Of a stretch of 64,000 nucleotides of DNA, positions 58,082-64,000 are shown in pieces. The notes under the pieces were generated by a model. The model was not told where the DNA came from. It saw nothing but the letters and a program-made list of their open reading frames with translations, and ran no database searches. Numbering within the stretch: position 1 is the stretch's first letter; every line of letters begins with the position of its first letter. The stretch covers positions 3,186 to 67,185 of the forward strand of contig CAXSBL010000006.1 in the NCBI GenBank assembly GCA_964235515.1, in the 5' to 3' direction. The position numbers and the translations under genes were made by a program. Source of the stretch: an uncultured Bryocella sp. GTDB taxonomy: Bacteria > Acidobacteriota > Terriglobia > Terriglobales > Acidobacteriaceae.

Positions 58082-58552
58082 ATGGCGACCTTGGGACAGG
58101 AACACCTGAAAGTCGAGCAATTGGAGCACGCCAGCCCTGACGAATTGGAGCACGCCGCAGGCCGCGAGCGTGAAAACCTGGAAGGCTGGATCCCGGCCCT
58201 GGCTACCGATTCCGAGATCCGTGAGGCGCTCGAGAAAGCGTTTGATTACCGTGGCAATGTCACGGTAACGCGCAAGGATGGCAGTCAGATTGAAGGCTAT
58301 CTTTACGATCGTCGTACCGGCGCTACGCTTGCGGATTCAATGATCCGCATCATCCCCTCGCCACCTAAAGGTGTACCCGCTGAGACAACCGTACAACGGC
58401 TGATGATTCCGTATGCCGATGTAGCGGCACTGCAGTTCTCCGGCCGCGACACGGCGGCAGGCAAGACCTTTGAGGCGTGGGTGCGCAAATATTGGGAGAA
58501 GAAGGCAGCCGGCGAGAAAAACATTCAGATTACCCCTGAAGCGCTGGATTAG
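58082..58552 (+). CDS. Hypothetical protein inside the hopanoid operon
   Basis: 1-2 bp spacing to both neighbours; natural composition. Confidence 0.75.
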   Translation: MATLGQEHLKVEQLEHASPDELEHAAGRERENLEGWIPALATDSEIREALEKAFDYRGNVTVTRKDGSQIEGYLYDRRTGATLADSMIRIIPSPPKGVPAETTVQRLMIPYADVAALQFSGRDTAAGKTFEAWVRKYWEKKAAGEKNIQITPEALD

Positions 58553-58554
58553 CT

Positions 58555-59559
58555 GTGCGGCTGTTTGTTACCGGAGCGACTGGATTTATTGGAGCGCATG
58601 TCGCCCGACTGGCGGCGGAGCGTGGCGCCGAGCTACGGTTGCTTGTCCGGCCATCCTCGAATCGTGCCTTTCTACCTGCCTCGGCGGATCTGGTAACGGG
58701 GGATTTGCGGGATCCTGATCGTTTTGCTTCAGCATTGCAGGGTTGCGATGCGCTGATCCACGTCGCTGCGGATTACCGCCTGTGGGTGCCCGACCCGGCT
58801 GAGATGTACAAGGCCAACGTCGAGGGAACGCGTCGCCTGCTACAGGTGGCGCACGCTGCGGGTGTGCCCAGGGTGGTGTACACCTCGAGCGTGGCCACGA
58901 TGGGCTTCCGCAAAGATGGAACCCTCGTGGATGAAACTGCGCCGGTGACGGAAGCCGACATGATCGGGCATTACAAGCGCTCGAAGTGGATGGCGGAGCA
59001 GGTGGCGTTGCAAGCAGGAAGGCTGGGGCAGCAGGTGATCGTGCTGAATCCAACGACGCCGATCGGATCGCTTGACGCGAAGCCCACGCCCACAGGACGC
59101 ATCGTGGTGGACTTCCTCAATCGCAACTTTCCAGCCTATGTAAAAACCGGATTGAACCTTGTGGATGTGCGCGAGATTGCGCGCACGCACCTGCACGCCC
59201 TGGAAGCTGGCCGGCCTGGCGAGCGCTACATCCTGGGCGGCGAGAATTTGACCCTGAAGCAGATCCTGGACCGGCTGGCGAGGCTAACCGGGTTGTCTTC
59301 GCCCAAGGTGCAGGTGCCGCATGCGGCGGCGATGGCGTTTGCGTTTTTTGACGAGACGATCACCGGTAAGCTGCGCGGCAAGGAACCGCGTGCCACGGTG
59401 GAAGCGGTCCGCATGGGACGCAAAATGATGTTTGCGAGCTCGGCCAAGGCGGAACGGGAGTTGGGCTTCCAGGTCCTGCCGGTGGATGAGGCTCTTGCGG
59501 AGGCGTGCCGGTGGTTTGTCGCCAACGGCTACGCCCCAGCGCCGCCGCAGCAATCATGA
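58555..59559 (+). CDS. hpnA: Hopanoid-associated NAD-dependent epimerase/dehydratase
   Basis: TGATGFIG, HVAADYRLWVPDP, YKRSK, NPTTPIG, GERYILGGENLTL. Confidence 0.9.
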   Translation: MRLFVTGATGFIGAHVARLAAERGAELRLLVRPSSNRAFLPASADLVTGDLRDPDRFASALQGCDALIHVAADYRLWVPDPAEMYKANVEGTRRLLQVAHAAGVPRVVYTSSVATMGFRKDGTLVDETAPVTEADMIGHYKRSKWMAEQVALQAGRLGQQVIVLNPTTPIGSLDAKPTPTGRIVVDFLNRNFPAYVKTGLNLVDVREIARTHLHALEAGRPGERYILGGENLTLKQILDRLARLTGLSSPKVQVPHAAAMAFAFFDETITGKLRGKEPRATVEAVRMGRKMMFASSAKAERELGFQVLPVDEALAEACRWFVANGYAPAPPQQS

Positions 59560-60242
59560 AGATTTCAGTTCCGTTCGCGATTATCGCTGCGCTGCCGCGT
59601 GAGGTGCGGGGTCTGGTTGGGAGAACGCGCCCTGAACCGGCGCTGTTGCGTTCGGGAGTCCACCTGTACCGCCTTCCGGCCGCGGTGGTGGTGACGGCCG
59701 GCATGGGTGCCTCGCGTGCGTCGCTGGCGTTTGCTTCCGTTCTTGAGGCGTTTACACCGGAATGCGTTATCTCAGCCGGACTGGCCGGCGGTTGCGGCGC
59801 TTCGGCTGCCGCGGGGATGGTGTATGAGGCGGGGGTGGTGGTAAGCGCGCAGACAGGCGAGCGGTTCCGTACACACGACGGCGACGCATCCCAGGTGCTA
59901 GTTACGACCGCGACCATAGCCGGCGTGCGGGAGAAAGCCCGGCTCGCCGCATCCTATGCTGCGACCATGGTCGATATGGAAGCGGCAACGGTGGCGCGGC
60001 TTTCGGCAGCGCATGGGCTAAGCTTCCGGGCGGTGAAGGCGATCTCCGATCCGCATGACTTTGAACTTGCATCGCTGTCTCGCTTCGCGGGGACGCATGG
60101 ACAGTTCAGAACAGCGGCATTCGCGATGCACACGGCGCTCCGGCCGCACCATTGGCGGCACGCTGCGCGGCTCGGCAGGGTGAGCAACCGTGCACTGAAA
60201 GCGATGAGCGCGCGGCTTTTTGAGATCATTTCCCAGACCTGA
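59556..60242 (+). CDS. hpnG: Hopanoid-associated nucleoside phosphorylase
   Basis: AALPREV, SAGLAGG, VDMEAA, VKAISD (PNP/MTAN family); ATGA-coupled to hpnA. Confidence 0.75.
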   Translation: MKISVPFAIIAALPREVRGLVGRTRPEPALLRSGVHLYRLPAAVVVTAGMGASRASLAFASVLEAFTPECVISAGLAGGCGASAAAGMVYEAGVVVSAQTGERFRTHDGDASQVLVTTATIAGVREKARLAASYAATMVDMEAATVARLSAAHGLSFRAVKAISDPHDFELASLSRFAGTHGQFRTAAFAMHTALRPHHWRHAARLGRVSNRALKAMSARLFEIISQT

Positions 60243-60283
60243 GCGGTAAGGGCTGCGTCTCACGAAGAGTGTGAGGTGGCTTT

Positions 60284-60724
60284 GTGACCTGGTTCGCCTA
60301 TCTGATCGCACTCCTGGCAGGAATTGCGAATCCCTTCCAGTCGGCTACAAACGGACAGCTGAACAAACAGTTTCAACAGCCGGTATGGGCGGGCATCGCG
60401 GTGTATGCCACGGGTCTGGTCGGTATGTTGGTTGTGCAGGCTTTTGTGCGGCAGCCCCTGCCGGCTTTGCACCTTCGTTCCGTGAGCTGGTGGGCCTGGA
60501 TGGGAGGTTTGATCAGCATTGCCTCCACGATGGCAGGATTGACCCTGGTACAAAAGTTGGGTGCAGGGACGTTCACATGCCTCAGCATCACCGCGGCTCT
60601 GGTCGTTTCGGTGATTTTGGATCAGTTTGGGTTGGTTGGCCTTAAGCAGCATACGGCCTCGTCCGGACGGCTGATTGGGTGTGCTCTGCTGATTGCCGGT
60701 GTATGGCTGGTGAACCGGTCTTAA
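60284..60724 (+). CDS. YdcZ/DUF606-type DMT family membrane protein
   Basis: QSATNGQL, WWAWMGG, DQFGLVG; five TM segments. Confidence 0.8.
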   Translation: MTWFAYLIALLAGIANPFQSATNGQLNKQFQQPVWAGIAVYATGLVGMLVVQAFVRQPLPALHLRSVSWWAWMGGLISIASTMAGLTLVQKLGAGTFTCLSITAALVVSVILDQFGLVGLKQHTASSGRLIGCALLIAGVWLVNRS

Positions 60725-60765
60725 CGAATGCAGGCATGGAAATGCCCGATACACTGAAGGTGATC

Positions 60766-61857
60766 ATGTCCAATGCACTTCCCAGCACCATGCGCGCGGC
60801 TGTCTACCGCGCCCCCGATGAGATCGTTACCGAGAGTCTTGACTTACCGCAGATTGGTCCCGGCGAGGTGCTGGTGCGGCTGGCCGCCTGTGGCATTTGC
60901 GGGACGGATCTGAAGAAAATTCACACCGGGTCTCATCCGGGTCCGCGGGTTTTTGGGCATGAGATGGCGGGCACGATTGCGGCCGTGGGCAGAGACGTGC
61001 GGGGCTTTGCTGTAGGCGATCGCGTGATGGCGTTCCACCATGTGCCGTGCGGCCAATGCTTCTACTGCCGGAAGCAGACCTTTGCGCAATGTGAGCAGTA
61101 CAAGAAAGTCGGGACGACTGCGGGGCTTGGGCCGGCTGCGGGTGGTGGGTTTGCGGAATATATCCGGGTGATGGATTGGATCGTTGGCGATGGGGTTACG
61201 CCGGCGGGGCTGATCCATGTGCCGGACGATATTCCCTTCGAGCAGGCCGCGTTTATTGAGCCAGTGAACACCTGTTTTAAGGCGATTCGGCTGCTCGCGC
61301 TGGAGCCGGACGATACGGTGCTGGTGGTCGGGCAGGGGAGTATTGGAATTATTCTGGCGGCGCTGGCACGGCGTACGGGGGCTACCGTGCTGACGTCGGA
61401 CCTGTATCCGGAGCGTCATGCGGTGGCGGCCGGGTTTGGGCTGGAGCATCCGCTGGATGCTCGGGGAGATGTGGTGGGAGCCTGCAGGGCGGCCACGGAT
61501 GGGCGTGGAGCGGATGTGGCGTTGGTTGCGGTCGGCTCTGATGCGCTGATCGGAATGGCGATGGGGGCCATTCGGCCGGGTGGTCGGGTGATGCTGTTTG
61601 CGAGTACCCAGCATGGGACGGCGCCGTTTGATCCGGCAGCGGTTTGCATGGAGGAGAAGACCCTGATGGGGTCCTACTCGGCCTCAGTGGCGATTCAGCA
61701 GGAGGGGATCGATCTGGTGTTTGAGGGGTATCGCACCGGCGAGTTGGACTTTACGCGGCTGATCTCGCACCGGTTTCCGGTGGAGCGGGCTGCCGAGGCT
61801 GTGCGGCTGGCCTCGAACCCGCAGCCGGATTCGCTCAAGATCATGTTGCAGCTTTAG
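60766..61857 (+). CDS. Zn-dependent medium-chain (polyol-type) dehydrogenase
   Basis: CGICGTD, GHEMAG, CGQCFYCRKQTFAQC structural Zn site, GQGSIG; start uncertain (60736-60790). Confidence 0.9.
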   Translation: MSNALPSTMRAAVYRAPDEIVTESLDLPQIGPGEVLVRLAACGICGTDLKKIHTGSHPGPRVFGHEMAGTIAAVGRDVRGFAVGDRVMAFHHVPCGQCFYCRKQTFAQCEQYKKVGTTAGLGPAAGGGFAEYIRVMDWIVGDGVTPAGLIHVPDDIPFEQAAFIEPVNTCFKAIRLLALEPDDTVLVVGQGSIGIILAALARRTGATVLTSDLYPERHAVAAGFGLEHPLDARGDVVGACRAATDGRGADVALVAVGSDALIGMAMGAIRPGGRVMLFASTQHGTAPFDPAAVCMEEKTLMGSYSASVAIQQEGIDLVFEGYRTGELDFTRLISHRFPVERAAEAVRLASNPQPDSLKIMLQL

Positions 61858-61964
61858 GGGCACGCTGTCCCAGCGTACTTTCGTCGTAAAGTCTTTGAAA
61901 TAAAGCGTTTAGATTCGCTGGTTCCATGCAGGACCCGGACGTGAGCATGGGTCTCACGGTTAGG

Positions 61965-62249
61965 TCAGCGATGCCTACTTAGGAGCACGGTTCCGGCGAC
62001 GAACAGGGTGCCTGCGGCTCCCCCAAGCAGGTAGATCGCGTGACGGTAGGCTGCCTGTACCTGCGGCGGGGTAGCCCGGGTGCTGTCCAGGCATTGGGCG
62101 CAGCCTTGCCCGTGAACCGTGGGTGTACAGAAAAACGAGCATAGAAAGAGAATGGTCGTCAGGCCCAGGCGGCTTGAGACTCCCCGCCACGTTGGCGTCT
62201 CTGGCTGACGGTTGAACTGTACCAAGCGCACCTCAGCGTCTAAAGCCAT
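61965..62249 (-). CDS. Small membrane protein with CxxC motif
   Basis: Signal-like segment, QGCAQC, C-terminal TM; downstream of the oxidase genes; start uncertain. Confidence 0.55.
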   Translation of the reverse strand: MALDAEVRLVQFNRQPETPTWRGVSSRLGLTTILFLCSFFCTPTVHGQGCAQCLDSTRATPPQVQAAYRHAIYLLGGAAGTLFVAGTVLLSRHR

Positions 62250-62417
62250 CAGGACTTTGTTTGTGAGTGCGGCACGGATGAAGCCGCTCCCTCCGGTCCT
62301 GTCACATCGGTCTTGGGTGGAACTTACCTGTCCAGTTCAAAGTTTGAACTTGGTTTCGGGTGTAAAAGAGCTATGAGCCGGGGAGCTATGAGTTAGAACC
62401 TTAGCGAGGAGCGTAAT

Positions 62418-63185
62418 CTACTGAGCGTATTCGAGGAGGGCGAAGAGGAAGATCCACAGAACGCCCATTACATGCCAGTACCAGACGGCGGAGTCGACCA
62501 CGACCTGCCGCGTTGCCATTTGGCGGGAGTAGACCAGGAGCCACAGCGCCCACATGAGGCCACCGATACCGAGAAAGAGATGGGCGGCGTGGGTGAAGGT
62601 GATGAGATAGAAGAAGTGGCTGCTCGGGTTGGAGCGAAAGTAGACGTGGGCGGCGGCTAGTTGGTCCCAGGCGATCCACTGGCCTACGAGGAAGACGAGT
62701 CCCAGGGCGAGTGTGATCGAGAGCCAGATCATGGCGCGGGTGGAGGTTGGGCGGCCGTAGCCGAACCACTCGTCCATAACGTGGTGCTCGTGAAACATGA
62801 CGCGACGGGCGGCTTCGGCCGTGGCGGAGCTTACGACGATGACGGCGGTGTTGAGCCAAAGAATCGACGGAATGGCGGTCGGAAGCCACTCATTGATGTA
62901 CCGGTCGTAGGCGTCGAAGTGGCCGTTGGCCTTGGTCACGAAGAAGACGCTGATGAGTGCGACGAAGAACATCAGATCGCCGCCGAGGGCGAAGAACATG
63001 CCGACGCGTGCCTGCGCGAGGCGTTCACGGGGACCGCGGCGCCCGGTGGGGCGGTCTTTCCAGTTTTCGTTGTCGCCGTTGCCGCCGGTGCGTTTGTCGG
63101 TGGGGGGGCGACGGCCTGAGCCGTTATCTCCTTCACCTGTGTGGTGGCGGCGGTCGATCTCCGGGGGCGTGAGAGTCGTCGGCAT
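62418..63185 (-). CDS. Cytochrome c oxidase subunit III
   Basis: LWLNTAVIVVSS, FLVGQ, FFYLITFTHAAH, WYWHVMGVLWIFLF; start trimmed to ATG 63185. Confidence 0.9.
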   Translation of the reverse strand: MPTTLTPPEIDRRHHTGEGDNGSGRRPPTDKRTGGNGDNENWKDRPTGRRGPRERLAQARVGMFFALGGDLMFFVALISVFFVTKANGHFDAYDRYINEWLPTAIPSILWLNTAVIVVSSATAEAARRVMFHEHHVMDEWFGYGRPTSTRAMIWLSITLALGLVFLVGQWIAWDQLAAAHVYFRSNPSSHFFYLITFTHAAHLFLGIGGLMWALWLLVYSRQMATRQVVVDSAVWYWHVMGVLWIFLFALLEYAQ

Positions 63186-63226
63186 GGGTGCCTTTTGTCG
63201 CGCGATGGGGTGCGTGCAGAGACAGA

Positions 63227-64000
63227 TTACTCCCGTTGGGGAGGGATGTCGTGCTCGATCACAGCATCCGGTGTCCATTGGGGTGAAAAGGTGTTGTCGG
63301 ACAGACTGTAGGAGCAAGGTTGGCGGTGAACGATAGCAATGACGGCGGGATTTTGGGGGTCGAGGGCGGCCGGAGCCCACTCCAGGGTCGTTGCCTGCCA
63401 AGGATTTTCCTCAGACTCGCGGGGACGCCGGAGCGCTAATACGAGATTGACGAGGAACGGCAGCTGAAAGAGGGCAAGGCCGAGGGCCGAGGCGCTGATG
63501 TGGCGCTGCATGCCCATGGTGCCGGCGAGCAGGTCGGTGGCGGGACCAGGAATGGAGGCGAGTTGGGCGTAGTGGCGGGGCTCGCTGGTGAGGCCGGTGA
63601 GGTGCATGGGGAGGAACGTGCTGTAGGAGAACAAGATTGTTCCCCAGAAGTGGATTTTGCCCAGGCCTTCAGAAAGGCGGCGGTGGAACAGGATCGGCGC
63701 CCAGTAGTACAGGCCGCAGAAGAGACCGAAGACGCCGGCCATGGCCATGATGAGATGGAAGTGGGCTACGACGAAGAAGGTGTTATGGAGATATTCGTCG
63801 AGGATGGGCTGGGCGAGGATGGGGCCGCTGAGACCGCCGGCGACGAAGAGTGAGACGAAGCCGAGGGCGAAGAGCATGGGCGTGGTGAAGCGTGGGCGGG
63901 AGCGCCAGACAGTGGCCAGCCAGCTGAGGACCTTGGCGGCGGAGGGAATGGCGATAGCAATCGAGGAGGCGCTGAAGACGGTGCCGGCAAATGGGTTCAT
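63227..64000 (-). CDS. Cytochrome c oxidase subunit I, C-terminal part (5' end outside the window)
   Basis: IAIPSAAKVLSW, GGLSG, LHNTFFVVAHFH heme ligands, ENPWQATTLEW. Confidence 0.93.
   Translation of the reverse strand: MNPFAGTVFSASSIAIAIPSAAKVLSWLATVWRSRPRFTTPMLFALGFVSLFVAGGLSGPILAQPILDEYLHNTFFVVAHFHLIMAMAGVFGLFCGLYYWAPILFHRRLSEGLGKIHFWGTILFSYSTFLPMHLTGLTSEPRHYAQLASIPGPATDLLAGTMGMQRHISASALGLALFQLPFLVNLVLALRRPRESEENPWQATTLEWAPAALDPQNPAVIAIVHRQPCSYSLSDNTFSPQWTPDAVIEHDIPPQRE

Noticed and set aside
1-64000. CRISPR arrays, rRNA, transposases, prophage or defence genes
   Set aside because: No regularly spaced repeat-spacer arrays or recognisable motifs were seen.

Overview
A GC-rich bacterial chromosomal window. 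Gene content and order (hopanoid cluster, futalosine-pathway mqnD, E1 alpha/beta fusion, DUF1501, long TolC) suggest Acidobacteriota, probably Terriglobia; this is an inference. Most of it is housekeeping or envelope genes: lexA, rpsO-pnp, degP, truA, carAB, a complete tolQRAB-pal-cpoB operon, recN, ispH plus a hopanoid cluster (shc, hpnH, hpnA, hpnG), and the end of a cytochrome c oxidase operon. Bases ~1-8900 look accessory: GH43, SDR, a secreted alpha/beta hydrolase and a four-gene Csu-type chaperone-usher pilus operon, lying downstream of tRNA-Lys(CTT). The most striking element is a compact regulatory cascade between lexA and rpsO (12944-16608). It comprises an OmpR-type regulator, a stand-alone HisKA-like mini-protein, a sigma54 activator with no DNA-binding HTH, a -24/-12 promoter, a FliA-type sigma28, a sigma28 promoter and a FlgM-like ORF, with no flagellar structural genes in the window. 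Other leads are two very small metal-binding proteins (a 48-aa metallothionein absent from the ORF track and a secreted 8-His peptide buried in a longer ORF call), two apparent pseudo-enzymes, a candidate anti-SD sRNA, and a Zn-dehydrogenase that could be the unassigned bacteriohopanetetrol-forming reductase. All family calls are by motif recognition; no database searches were run.
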